This document shows, one piece after another, positions 1 to 9,231 of a DNA stretch of 64,000 nt. Below the pieces are notes generated by a model. The model was not told where the DNA came from and did not search any database. It saw only the letters and a list, made by a program, of their open reading frames with translations. Within the stretch, counting starts at the first letter, position 1. Each line of letters begins with the position of its first letter. This stretch comes from Deferribacterales bacterium (GTDB lineage Bacteria; Chrysiogenota; Deferribacteres; Deferribacterales; Geovibrionaceae): positions 273,577 through 337,576 of the forward strand of contig JBFWMA010000001.1 of the NCBI GenBank assembly GCA_050251875.1, in the 5' to 3' direction. The position numbers and the translations under genes are program-made.

Positions 1-136
1 TGGTTTTTTGCGCCAGAGCCGCCGCCAGATTTTTTTCCACGCCTGCCGATTCAGCCGAGGTCTGAACATCGGCGTATTCATCTGCGAAGGCATGTATGCT
101 GAATATTAAAAGTATTGTCAAAATGAGAGTTTTCAC
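1..136 (-). CDS. Secreted hypothetical protein, 3' part outside window (MKTLILTILLIFSIHAFADEYADVQTSAESAGVEKNLAAALAQKT...)
   Basis: Read manually: GTG at 136-134, GAGGAGG RBS upstream, signal peptide ending AFA; open to window edge; immediately follows stop of 138..452. Confidence 0.75.
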   Translation of the reverse strand, partial: MKTLILTILLIFSIHAFADEYADVQTSAESAGVEKNLAAALAQKT

Positions 137-137
137 T

Positions 138-452
138 TTATTCCTCCTCATATACACAGAGTTTTCCGCCGAATCCGTCACTCTCTTTCATCGGACATTC
201 CGGCAGATAGATTTCTCCGTCCTTTTTCAGAAAATATCTGTAACTTTTTGCGTGGGGCATCATAAATCGCCATCTGCCGCCGTCTCTGACGCCTTTTATT
301 TCGGCGTATCCGTTCACGGATGAGAACAGACTCAGCTGTCCGGCGTCTTTCACTGCGAAAGACGCTATGTCGGAATCACCGCTTCTGTTTATGCTGACTG
401 ACGCGCAGGCAGAGAGAACCAGCGTGACTGTCAGTATCAAAAAAAACCTCAA
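138..452 (-). CDS. Small lipoprotein with degenerate CBM48/early-set-like domain
   Basis: Lipobox LSAC; C-terminal YRYF..DG....P......DGFGG resembles the YSYIIDG...PDP.....DDGFGG motif of the neighbouring gene. Confidence 0.7.
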   Translation of the reverse strand: MRFFLILTVTLVLSACASVSINRSGDSDIASFAVKDAGQLSLFSSVNGYAEIKGVRDGGRWRFMMPHAKSYRYFLKKDGEIYLPECPMKESDGFGGKLCVYEEE

Positions 453-1006
453 ATTTTATCCCCTACGGTTATCACAGAGTTTTCACCGCCGAAACCGTCA
501 TCCTGTCTGGCGGGTGTTGTCGGATCCGGCATCTGGCGTACTCCGTCTATTATATAAGAATAGGCGTATTCACCGTTTTTCAGAGGCAGGAGCACCTGCC
601 AGTATCCGCCGTCCGTCTTCTGCATCCGCACCGGCTGCCATCCGTTGAATGATCCGGCTACTGAGACCTGTCCGGCATCAGGAACATATATTACGAATCT
701 CTGCATATGCTCGCTGACAGACGTTTCCGGGGTCATGAGAAAAACTTTCACCATCACCATCAGAGATACCGCCAGAGCGGCGAACGAAACGTATGAGGCG
801 ATGCTGAAAGGCTCTTTTTGGCGGATGACAGGCACAGGGGGCGCTTCTTCCGCAAGATTATACAGTGTCTGTTCCGTCTGAAGCATATCGAGTGTATCTG
901 CGCAGAAATCATCGTCAGAGTTGATCTCTTTCACGAACTGCTTCTTTTCGTCAATATTCATCTCGTCATCTATAAAAAGGCTGATGAGAATATCTTTTTC
1001 ATTCAT
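449..1006 (-). CDS. Putative anti-sigma factor: N-terminal anti-sigma domain, TM helix, C-terminal glycogen-binding (CBM48/AMPK-beta-like) domain
   Basis: Overlaps ECF sigma stop; LISLFIDDEM N-terminus; one TM helix; VSVAGSFNGW...GYWQVLLPL..GEYAYSYIIDG...PDP...DDGFGGENSV signature. Confidence 0.85.
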   Translation of the reverse strand: MNEKDILISLFIDDEMNIDEKKQFVKEINSDDDFCADTLDMLQTEQTLYNLAEEAPPVPVIRQKEPFSIASYVSFAALAVSLMVMVKVFLMTPETSVSEHMQRFVIYVPDAGQVSVAGSFNGWQPVRMQKTDGGYWQVLLPLKNGEYAYSYIIDGVRQMPDPTTPARQDDGFGGENSVITVGDKI

Positions 1007-1478
1007 CTTCCGCCTCCGTCATCTTTTTAAGTTTGATTCTGGCTCTATGTACTTTGATCTTCACATTCGCCTCGGACATGTGGAGTATCTCCGCTATCTG
1101 TTTGTAGCTCAGTCCGTCCTGTCCCGCCATAGATAAAATGTCTCTGTCCTCTTTTGGCAGTCTGGCGAACATCCCCAGCAGTCTGTTTTCTGCCGCCTTT
1201 TCTATGACCAGGCTCTCCGGGCTCTCTTCGGTGGCGGGTTCTGCGTCGCTGTCTTTTTCATGCCGTCTCTTCCTGACCATATCCAGAAAGAGGCTTCTGG
1301 CGACAGTATAGAGCAGGGCGGGATTTTGCTGATCAGGATAATGTCCGGCGTATTTAATGAAAGTATCCTGAAAGATATCCTCCGCGTCCTCCCGGTTTCC
1401 GGTCATTTTCAGAAGATATCCGAAGAGTTTCATTCTGTTGGTCTCAAAAAAATCCTGCAATGCTCTGTTTTGTCTCAT
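999..1478 (-). CDS. ECF (sigma-70 group 4) RNA polymerase sigma factor
   Basis: DAEDIFQDTF region 2; LSYKQIAEILHMSEANVKIKVHRAR region 4. Confidence 0.95.
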   Translation of the reverse strand: MRQNRALQDFFETNRMKLFGYLLKMTGNREDAEDIFQDTFIKYAGHYPDQQNPALLYTVARSLFLDMVRKRRHEKDSDAEPATEESPESLVIEKAAENRLLGMFARLPKEDRDILSMAGQDGLSYKQIAEILHMSEANVKIKVHRARIKLKKMTEAEDE

Positions 1479-1488
1479 GCTTAATTAT

Positions 1489-1512
1489 AGGCGGAGCTTT
1501 TAAACTCCGCCT
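1489..1512. other. Intergenic hairpin AGGCGGAG-N8-CTCCGCCT
   Basis: 8-bp perfect inverted repeat between the Gly-rich gene and the sigma gene; no U-tract on the minus strand. Confidence 0.6.
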
Positions 1513-1520
1513 CACTTTTT

Positions 1521-1877
1521 TTATTCGGCAGGTGTTGTTGTTTCGCCTGTCTCTGTTGTGCCTGTGGTCTCTGTTGTTTCTGCTGTTTGTTCAGTCTGCT
1601 CCTGAGTCTGTGTTTCATATCTGTTTCTATGCTGATTCTGATACTGGTATTCGTATCTGTTCTGTGACTGTGTTCCGAAGTCTATGCCGCCGTAGCTGCC
1701 TGTGCTGCCAGGGTCTGAGCCGCCTCTTCCGCCTCCGGAAGCTGAGGATGATGATCCTCCTCCGGCACCGCCACCGCCGCCGCCACCGCCGCCACCGCCG
1801 TTGCCGCCTCTGGCGTATGCTGTGGAAACTGCCAACGCTGTGAGCAGAGCGATCATAAGAATGATTAACTTTTTCAT
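1521..1877 (-). CDS. Secreted glycine-rich low-complexity protein
   Basis: AGGAGG RBS; signal peptide (AYA); poly-Gly, then Q/R/E/Y alternating segment, then T/E-rich tail. Confidence 0.8.
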   Translation of the reverse strand: MKKLIILMIALLTALAVSTAYARGGNGGGGGGGGGGGAGGGSSSSASGGGRGGSDPGSTGSYGGIDFGTQSQNRYEYQYQNQHRNRYETQTQEQTEQTAETTETTGTTETGETTTPAE

Positions 1878-1913
1878 AATGTCCTCCTTTTTTGTAATTT
1901 CGGTTGTGCTCTT

Positions 1914-1941
1914 ATAACGGCGGGTCTAAAGTTAGGTTACA
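1914..1941 (-). promoter_or_regulatory. ECF-type promoter TGTAAC-N16-CGTTAT
   Basis: Matches the general ECF -35 AAC / -10 CGT architecture with a 16-nt spacer, just upstream of the first gene of the ECF operon. Confidence 0.7.
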
Positions 1942-2007
1942 AAAAAATTCAATTTATTTAATGCTGTGTAAATTTCGGCGGAACAAACTTACAGAGGTTG
2001 TAAAAAA

Positions 2008-3783
2008 ATGTCATTTGACGCATGGTTAACCATTATTGTGATCGGTTTGATGCTGATCGGGCTTATCAAGGATTATTATCCTGCTGATGTCCTTACTTTC
2101 TCCGCTCTCTGTGTTCTTACCGTTTGCGGGGTAATAAAACCGGAAGACGCTCTGAAAGGTTTTTCTAACAAAGGTATGTTCACTGTCGCTCTGCTCTTTC
2201 CCATAGCTTACGCCGCCCAGTCGTCCGGTGTTCTGAACCATGCGGCGGGGGCGCTGATAGGCAGGGCAAAAGCCGGAAAAACGGCCATGGTGCGCATGAT
2301 GCTCCCGGTATTCGGACTTTCCACTTTTCTGAACAACACGCCCGTGGTGGCTATGTTCATCCCCACTGTGCGTGACTGGGCTGTTTCAGCCAAAATATCT
2401 CCGTCGAAATTCCTGATCCCCGTATCATACGCCTCTATTCTGGGCGGTATCTGTACTCTGATAGGCACATCCACAAATCTGGTGGCGAACGGCATGCTGA
2501 TGTCCGCCAAGGGGATATCGCTCAAAATGTTCGATTTCGCCTACATAGGCATCCCCTGCGCCATAGCGGGTTTTTTATATCTGACATTCATCGGCAGACG
2601 TTTTCTGCCTGACAATACAGATATGCTGGCGGATATGGAGACAGACGAGTCTGAGTTCATCTTCGAGATGAAGGTGACCGCCGAATCGGACATCATAGGC
2701 AAATCTCTGTCAGAGGGCAACCTGCGCAAGCTGAATGATATTTTTGCCGTGGGCATCAACAGGCACGGCTCTATAATATCCCCTGTTAAGCCGGACGAGG
2801 TGGTTGAGCTTGATGACGTGATATTCTTCTCCGGAAAAAAAGACGCCATGAAGCTGCTCTCCTCCGTTAAGGGACTTATTCCACACACCCATCAGGAGGA
2901 CGATTTCAACAGCCTGATGAACGGCAAAAAGACAAAGCTGGTGGAGGCTGTGGTTTCTGTAGCCTCTTCGGTGATAAATAAAAAAATTAAAGACGTCAAT
3001 TTCAGAGGGCGTTATGACGCTGTTGTCCTCGCCATCAAAAGGGACGGACGAAAGCTTGACACAGGTCTGGGCGGAACCGTGCTGAAATCAGGGGATACCA
3101 TTCTCCTGCTGGCGGGAGCGGATTTTTCCAAGCGTGTTGACTCTTCAGACTTCTATCTGCTGAGTAAAACCGAGAATATAGTTCCCGTGGACAACAGAAA
3201 GGTGTGGATAACAGTACTTTCGCTTGTTTCCATGATTGTTCTGTCCGCTGCTGGGATTCTGGATATTTTTTATGGAGCGATGATAGTGTTTGCTATCCTT
3301 CTGCTCTCCAGAACACTTACCGCGTCTGAAGCCAGAAGATCCATAGAGATAAACGTTCTGATAGTAATCGCCTCGTCTTTCGGACTGGGGATAGCCATAG
3401 AGAAGACAGGGCTTGCCTCCATGATAGCCGGCAGTGTGATAGAATATTCAGCCGGATGGGGGCTGGTGGGCGCTCTGGCGGCTGTGTCCCTGGCGGTGAC
3501 TCTCTTGACCGAGTTGATAACCAACAACGCCGCTGTGGCTCTGGTCTTTCCCGTGGCTATGTCTGTGGCGGACAAGGCGGATGCATCGCCTATCCCGTTC
3601 GCTCTGGCGGTGGCTATAGCCGCTTCAGCCAGTTTTGCCACTCCCATAGGATATCAGACCAACCTGATGGTTCAGGGACCCGGCGGATATAAGTTTTCCG
3701 ATTACCTCAAGATAGGTGTGCCTATGAATTTGATATATTTTGTGGTATCAGTATTACTTATACCTGTGTTCTTTAAGTTTTAG
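2008..3783 (+). CDS. SLC13/DASS family permease with TrkA-C domains (probable sulfate transporter)
   Basis: [25 protein letters not shown] and TPIGYQTN motifs; central RCK_C domains; directly upstream of cysD. Confidence 0.88.
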   Translation: MSFDAWLTIIVIGLMLIGLIKDYYPADVLTFSALCVLTVCGVIKPEDALKGFSNKGMFTVALLFPIAYAAQSSGVLNHAAGALIGRAKAGKTAMVRMMLPVFGLSTFLNNTPVVAMFIPTVRDWAVSAKISPSKFLIPVSYASILGGICTLIGTSTNLVANGMLMSAKGISLKMFDFAYIGIPCAIAGFLYLTFIGRRFLPDNTDMLADMETDESEFIFEMKVTAESDIIGKSLSEGNLRKLNDIFAVGINRHGSIISPVKPDEVVELDDVIFFSGKKDAMKLLSSVKGLIPHTHQEDDFNSLMNGKKTKLVEAVVSVASSVINKKIKDVNFRGRYDAVVLAIKRDGRKLDTGLGGTVLKSGDTILLLAGADFSKRVDSSDFYLLSKTENIVPVDNRKVWITVLSLVSMIVLSAAGILDIFYGAMIVFAILLLSRTLTASEARRSIEINVLIVIASSFGLGIAIEKTGLASMIAGSVIEYSAGWGLVGALAAVSLAVTLLTELITNNAAVALVFPVAMSVADKADASPIPFALAVAIAASASFATPIGYQTNLMVQGPGGYKFSDYLKIGVPMNLIYFVVSVLLIPVFFKF

Positions 3784-3794
3784 AGGTTTTTTTG

Positions 3795-4700
3795 ATGAAA
3801 GAGAGAATGACCCACCTGAAACAGCTGGAGGCGGAGAGCATACACATTATCCGTGAGGCTGTGGCGGAGGCGGAGAATCCGGTGATGCTCTATTCCATAG
3901 GCAAGGATTCGTCCGTTATGCTCCATCTGGCCATGAAGGCTTTTTATCCAGGCAAACTTCCTTTTCCGCTGATGCATGTGGATACCACATGGAAATTCAG
4001 GGATATGATAAAATTTCGTGACGAGACAGCTAAGAGGCTGGGACTCGATCTTATAGTATATATCAACGAAGACGGTCTGAGCAGAGGCATCAGCCCCATA
4101 ACCCACGGCAGCAAGGTGCATACCGACGTGATGAAGACAGAAGGGCTGAAACAGGCGCTGGACAAATACCGCTTCGATGTGATTTTCGGCGGCGCCAGAA
4201 GGGACGAGGAGAAATCCAGAGCGAAAGAGAGAATTTTTTCCTTCAGGGACAAGAACCACAGATGGGACCCGAAAAACCAGCGTCCTGAACTGTGGAATAT
4301 ATTCAACTGTTCAATAAACAAAGGCGAGAGCATCAGGGTCTTTCCCCTGTCCAACTGGACGGAGCTGGACGTATGGCTCTATGTCTATCAGGAGAATATC
4401 CCTGTTGTTCCCCTCTATTTTTCTGAGAAACGCCCGGTGGTGGAGAGGGACGGCATGCTGATAATGGTGGACGACGATCGCTTTCCCATACTGGAGGGTG
4501 AAGAGGTCAGGGAAGAATATGTCCGCTTCCGCACCCTGGGATGTTATCCCCTGTCCGGCGCTGTGCGCTCCATGGCGAAGACTCTGCCTGAGATTATTCA
4601 GGAGATGCTTCTGGCGAAAGTTTCCGAGCGTCAGGGTAGGCTGATAGATTTCGATCAGTCCGGCTCTATGGAAAAGAAAAAGATTGAGGGCTATTTCTGA
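3795..4700 (+). CDS. cysD: Sulfate adenylyltransferase subunit 2
   Basis: [25 protein letters not shown] and RFRTLGCYP motifs. Confidence 0.97.
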   Translation: MKERMTHLKQLEAESIHIIREAVAEAENPVMLYSIGKDSSVMLHLAMKAFYPGKLPFPLMHVDTTWKFRDMIKFRDETAKRLGLDLIVYINEDGLSRGISPITHGSKVHTDVMKTEGLKQALDKYRFDVIFGGARRDEEKSRAKERIFSFRDKNHRWDPKNQRPELWNIFNCSINKGESIRVFPLSNWTELDVWLYVYQENIPVVPLYFSEKRPVVERDGMLIMVDDDRFPILEGEEVREEYVRFRTLGCYPLSGAVRSMAKTLPEIIQEMLLAKVSERQGRLIDFDQSGSMEKKKIEGYF

Positions 4701-6601
4701 TGTCGCATAAATCTGACCTGATAGAAAAGGACATTCTGGCATATCTGAAAGAGCACGAGCAGAAACAGCTTGTGCGGTTTATCACCTGCGGCAGTGTGGA
4801 TGACGGCAAAAGTACGCTCATCGGCAGACTTCTGCATGATTCCAAGCTGATATACGAAGATCAGCTCGCCAGCATCAGAAAAGACTCAAAATATAAAGGC
4901 AGTTCCGCCGATAACTTCGATCTCGCTCTTCTGGTGGACGGGCTTCAGGCGGAGAGGGAGCAGGGCATCACCATAGATGTCGCCTACAGATATTTTTCCA
5001 CCAGCAAAAGAAAATTCATCATAGCCGATACCCCGGGGCATATTCAATATACCAGAAACATGGCGACAGGCGCTTCTTCAGCCGATCTTGCTATCATTCT
5101 GATAGATGCCAGATACGGGGTGCTTACCCAGACCAGAAGACACTCATATATCGTCAGTCTGCTGGGCATCAGGCACATAGTGGTCGCCGTGAACAAGATG
5201 GACATAGTGGACTACGAAGAGAGTGTTTTTAATAAAATAGTGAATGACTACAAAGATTTCTGCAACGAGGCGGGGATCGATTCCAATAAAGTATATTTCG
5301 TGCCCATGTCCGCTCTGAAAGGAAGCAACGTGGTGGAGAAGAGTCCTGAAATGCCATGGTATAAGGGAACGCCCCTTATGGACATTCTGGAGACCATAGA
5401 GATAGACGATGACGTGAATTATAAGGATTTTCGTCTGCCCGTGCAGTATGTCAACAGACCCGACCTGAACTTCAGAGGGTTCTGCGGAACCATAGCCTCA
5501 GGCTCGGTGAAGGTTGGCGACAGCATAAGTGTTCTGCCGTCCGGTCTGACCAGCAGTGTTAAGAGCATCATAGAAAACTGCAAAGAGACTGACGAGGCTT
5601 CCGCCGGATATGCCGTCACCCTGACCATGAACGATGAGATAGATGTCAGCCGGGGCGACATGATAGTGAAATCGGACAGCGTGCCGGAGGTCGGCGACTG
5701 TTTCGATGCATATGTGGTGTGGATGGCTGAGGAAGAGCTGGAGCTGAACAAGGCATATTACATAAAGAGAGCCGCCACAAAGGTCACAGGGTTCATTGAC
5801 CAGATACACTACAAGGTGGACGTGAACACGCTGGAAAAACTGCCGGCGCAGAAGCTGGCTCTAAACGAAATAGCCTACTGCCGTATCAATCTGTCTTCCA
5901 AAATAGCCTATGACACCTATAAGGATCACAGATACACAGGCAGTCTGATATTCATAGACAGGATAACGAACAACACCTGCGGCGCTGCCATGATCGACAG
6001 AAAGAACGTGGCGAGCAACGTTATCTGGCACAAGCACAAGGTGGAGAAAGCGGAGAGATGCCGGATAAAAGGTCACAGACCCTGCGTCATCTGGCTGACA
6101 GGACTTAGCGGCTCCGGAAAATCCACCATATCAAACGCTCTGGAAGAGAGGCTGAACAGAAGCGGAATACACACATATCTGCTGGACGGCGACAACGTGC
6201 GCCACGGGCTGAACAAAGATCTGGGCTTCAGCGAGGCGGACAGAAACGAGAATATCCGCAGGATAGGAGAGGTCGCGAAACTGTTCTCCGATGCCGGGCT
6301 GGTGGTTATCACCGCATTTATCTCCCCGTTCCGGGCGGAGAGAGAGATGGTGCGGAGTATCATGGAAGAGGGCGAGTTTGTAGAAGTATATGTGAATGCT
6401 CCTCTGGACGTGTGCGAGAAGCGTGACCCGAAAAACCTTTATAAAAAAGCCAGAAAAGGCGAGATAAAGGATTTCACAGGTATATCCTCCCCCTATGAAG
6501 AACCTCTGAACCCGGAGATAGAGGTCAGCACCCACGAGCTGAGCGTGGATGAGTCGGTGGAGAAGATACTGAAGCATCTGAACGATAAAAAACTGATATA
6601 G
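4700..6601 (+). CDS. cysNC: Bifunctional sulfate adenylyltransferase subunit 1 / APS kinase (CysNC, NodQ-like)
   Basis: [13 protein letters not shown]ase motif; C-terminal [22 protein letters not shown] and [12 protein letters not shown] kinase motifs. Confidence 0.97.
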   Translation: MSHKSDLIEKDILAYLKEHEQKQLVRFITCGSVDDGKSTLIGRLLHDSKLIYEDQLASIRKDSKYKGSSADNFDLALLVDGLQAEREQGITIDVAYRYFSTSKRKFIIADTPGHIQYTRNMATGASSADLAIILIDARYGVLTQTRRHSYIVSLLGIRHIVVAVNKMDIVDYEESVFNKIVNDYKDFCNEAGIDSNKVYFVPMSALKGSNVVEKSPEMPWYKGTPLMDILETIEIDDDVNYKDFRLPVQYVNRPDLNFRGFCGTIASGSVKVGDSISVLPSGLTSSVKSIIENCKETDEASAGYAVTLTMNDEIDVSRGDMIVKSDSVPEVGDCFDAYVVWMAEEELELNKAYYIKRAATKVTGFIDQIHYKVDVNTLEKLPAQKLALNEIAYCRINLSSKIAYDTYKDHRYTGSLIFIDRITNNTCGAAMIDRKNVASNVIWHKHKVEKAERCRIKGHRPCVIWLTGLSGSGKSTISNALEERLNRSGIHTYLLDGDNVRHGLNKDLGFSEADRNENIRRIGEVAKLFSDAGLVVITAFISPFRAEREMVRSIMEEGEFVEVYVNAPLDVCEKRDPKNLYKKARKGEIKDFTGISSPYEEPLNPEIEVSTHELSVDESVEKILKHLNDKKLI

Positions 6602-6606
6602 ACACT

Positions 6607-6632
6607 GCCCCGCTTATGCGGGGCTTTTTTTT
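6607..6632 (+). terminator. Intrinsic terminator
   Basis: GCCCCGC-TTAT-GCGGGGC followed by T8. Confidence 0.9.
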
Positions 6633-6708
6633 AGATAAAATTATTCGTCCATACATCAGCCTGTCTCTTATTTTATCCCCCAAAAAAACGTTCTAAGAAA
6701 AGTATGAT

Positions 6709-6738
6709 ATTGACAATCAGTATCAATAGAGTTATACG
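6709..6738 (+). promoter_or_regulatory. Fur-box-like palindrome ATTGACAATCAGTATCAAT overlapping a sigma70 promoter (TTGACA-N17-TATACG)
   Basis: 19-bp 9-1-9 imperfect palindrome similar to the Fur consensus; located upstream of a flavodoxin. Confidence 0.7.
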
Positions 6739-6767
6739 GGGATAGCATTACAAAAACGGAGGTATAC

Positions 6768-7289
6768 ATGGGCAGTATAGGATTATTTTACGGCTCCAGC
6801 GGCGGGGTGACGGAAGGCATAGCGCATAAAATAGCGGCGGCTCTGAACAGCAGAGGCTTTGTGGTGGATGTTATAAACGTGGCAAACACATCTTCAAAAG
6901 AGATGGAGAAATATGACAGGTTGATCATGGGAACATCCACATGGGGCATGGGCGATCTTCAGGACGACTGGGAAAACTTTCTGCCGGAGCTGGAACAGAC
7001 GGATTTCAGCGGAAAGACAGTGTCCTTCTTCGGGACAGGCGATCAGGATACCTATTGTGATACGTTTCTGGACGGCATGGGCATCCTATATGAAAAGGTG
7101 CTGGACAGCAAGGTGACCGTTGTTGGGTCATGGTCTGTGGACGGGTATACTTTTTCTGAATCCAGAGCTGTGGTGGACGGTGAGTTCATTGGACTCGCTC
7201 TGGATGACGACACCCAGCCCCATCAGACCAATCCGCGAATAGCCGCATGGACCGAGCTGCTCACAGAGCAGTTCTCTTCTTCAGTCTGA
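6768..7289 (+). CDS. fldA: Long-chain flavodoxin
   Basis: FYGSSGGVT, GTSTWGMGDLQDDW, FGTGDQ and FIGLALD motifs. Confidence 0.95.
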   Translation: MGSIGLFYGSSGGVTEGIAHKIAAALNSRGFVVDVINVANTSSKEMEKYDRLIMGTSTWGMGDLQDDWENFLPELEQTDFSGKTVSFFGTGDQDTYCDTFLDGMGILYEKVLDSKVTVVGSWSVDGYTFSESRAVVDGEFIGLALDDDTQPHQTNPRIAAWTELLTEQFSSSV

Positions 7290-7297
7290 GTTGTCTT

Positions 7298-7333
7298 CCC
7301 GCATCCGCTCTTTTTTTGCGGGTGCGGGCTTTT
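7298..7333 (+). terminator. Probable terminator hairpin
   Basis: CCCGCATCCGC...GCGGGTGCGGG stem followed by a short T run. Confidence 0.6.
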
Positions 7334-7422
7334 ACTACATTTTACATCAGCGTGATATCTATCTGACAATATTTGTCTAATCTATATCTCGCTATCATAC
7401 AAAATGAGGATAGATGTTTTTT

Positions 7423-7566
7423 ATGGGAAAAATTATTAAGACACTCATGGTGAGGCTTATGCGCCTCAGTGTGAAAAGAAAAAAAAGAACCGGAAAAAAC
7501 TTTGGGCGCACAGCCCGGACAAGACAGCCTGTGTGTCTTGTCCAGTATGTGCTGAAGAACGACTGA
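7423..7566 (+). CDS. Possible 47-aa basic small protein (MGKIIKTLMVRLMRLSVKRKKRTGK...)
   Basis: Read manually; GAGGA upstream; fills the gap and ends 1 nt before the convergent stop. Confidence 0.3.
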   Translation: MGKIIKTLMVRLMRLSVKRKKRTGKNFGRTARTRQPVCLVQYVLKND

Positions 7567-7567
7567 T

Positions 7568-9169
7568 CTAGTAAATCTGTTTAGATACTCCGGTATCGCT
7601 GTTCTCTTCTATCTTCTCCAGAACGTTTTTCGGCGGGTTAACTGTAGCGTCCCTGCCGTATATGAAGGTCTGCTGCGCGGCTATCACTCTGTATGCTTTG
7701 TTCATTGTTAGAGCTCTTTCTCTGGACGGGAACAGCAGAACAGAGATATCTGACTGAAGTTTTTTGATCATTTCCGGTTTCAGCGAGCCGTCAGGGTTGA
7801 AGAATTTTTTCATCACTTCATCGTTGCCTCTGAACTCGTCTCCGGCGTGGTTTGTTTCCAGATAGAAGGCGTATTCGGCTTGGTCACCTGCGGTCTTATA
7901 TCTCACCGTCTGGTCCTTCAGTCCTTTGAGTCCCTTCTGAGACCAGTGATTCCATCCGTATTCAATGCTGTTCCTGTCTCCGCCTTCCAGTTTTCTCTGA
8001 TAGCTGAATACTGTGTCCGCCGTTGCGCCTATTCCTGTGTGGCATCCCATGCAGAAGAGGGTTTCTTCATCGCTCTGGGGTCTTAAATTACCGTCTCTGT
8101 CTTCAATAAACCCCTGATATATCCATCCGGAACCTGTCTGCATCCCGGCGTTTCCGTTTCCGGTGTATCTTGTCATCGCAATTTCTTTGGATATGAACAG
8201 GTCCTTCATTTCGCTGATGTATGACTCTTTCATCCGGGCATAGTCCATCCACTCGTCCTTCACGGCGTAGCGAACTTCTTTCATACGGGCAGACATGCGG
8301 GGCTGGTTCTTTTCGTCGTCCCAGTCCACATACCGCACTGTGTGCAGAAGCTCCGTGCCGACAGGCAGGAGTCCTCCGGCTATCTGCTCGCCTTCCGCCA
8401 TTCCGGCGTAGCTCATGGGAGCTGTGGTCCATGTATACTTTATCATTTCGGCAGTGGTCAGCGATCCGTCACCGTCCAGATCTTTTCCGGCTTTCCTTTC
8501 GTTTATGGGTTCAGAGGTTACTGACTTCTGCTTCAGCATACTTTCGGCTATCGCCAGATTCGCCTTATAGATATCTATGCTGAATCTGCCCTGTTTGTCC
8601 TTTCTGAATTTTTCAGGCAGCCGGATCAGCACATCATCGGTCGATCCGTTGGTAGGCCAGAACGTGCCTAGAAAAGGATAGTATCTGAATGCTCGCCAGC
8701 CGGTATATGCGCCCGTTCTGTCTCTGTCGAACCCTTCATCGTCAAAATTCATATAGCAGTCAGGCACATAGCCTTCGAAATTTTTAGGGAGGCTTTTCTG
8801 TAGGATGATGTTTCCGTCATTGTCCAGATAGTTGGATGTTCTGATATAGCTGAGTATCACGCTGTCGCTTATCTTCGCCACATCTTCGCTTCTGTCGATG
8901 AACAGGTTTTTCCATCTGTTCTTCATGGCGGTCGCAGGAAAATCCAGCGCCACCTGAAGAGACGAATCGTCCATATAGTTCGGTTCGACACCTTTTGTGT
9001 GGCAGGAATAGCAAGGGTTGTGCGCCTGTCTGTTCTCGTCCTTGGTTTTGGTGTAGCACATAGGCGGGATGTAGGCGGCGGAGTTCTCAAACGACATATA
9101 GTTTTTAGCCGCAGCTCCGAAAACGCAGAAAGCCGCTATAGCGGCAGTGAAAATAGTTTTTCTTTTCAT
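7568..9169 (-). CDS. Exported protein with two CxxCH heme-c motifs (uncharacterised, phoX-linked)
   Basis: Signal peptide; CYSCH and CMGCH; EF-hand-like DLDGDGSLTTAE. Confidence 0.75.
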   Translation of the reverse strand: MKRKTIFTAAIAAFCVFGAAAKNYMSFENSAAYIPPMCYTKTKDENRQAHNPCYSCHTKGVEPNYMDDSSLQVALDFPATAMKNRWKNLFIDRSEDVAKISDSVILSYIRTSNYLDNDGNIILQKSLPKNFEGYVPDCYMNFDDEGFDRDRTGAYTGWRAFRYYPFLGTFWPTNGSTDDVLIRLPEKFRKDKQGRFSIDIYKANLAIAESMLKQKSVTSEPINERKAGKDLDGDGSLTTAEMIKYTWTTAPMSYAGMAEGEQIAGGLLPVGTELLHTVRYVDWDDEKNQPRMSARMKEVRYAVKDEWMDYARMKESYISEMKDLFISKEIAMTRYTGNGNAGMQTGSGWIYQGFIEDRDGNLRPQSDEETLFCMGCHTGIGATADTVFSYQRKLEGGDRNSIEYGWNHWSQKGLKGLKDQTVRYKTAGDQAEYAFYLETNHAGDEFRGNDEVMKKFFNPDGSLKPEMIKKLQSDISVLLFPSRERALTMNKAYRVIAAQQTFIYGRDATVNPPKNVLEKIEENSDTGVSKQIY

Positions 9170-9180
9170 GAGGTCACCGT

Positions 9181-9216
9181 AAAAAAAAGACCCGCCTGTT
9201 TAGGGTCAGGCGGGTC
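9181..9216 (-). terminator. Intrinsic terminator after phoX
   Basis: GACCCGCCTG...CAGGCGGGTC followed by T8 on the minus strand. Confidence 0.85.
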
Positions 9217-9231
9217 AGATGGTTTGTTAAA

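Noticed and set aside
1702..1917. Poly-proline ORF
   Set aside because: Antisense reading of the poly-Gly codons of 1521..1877, which has the RBS and signal peptide
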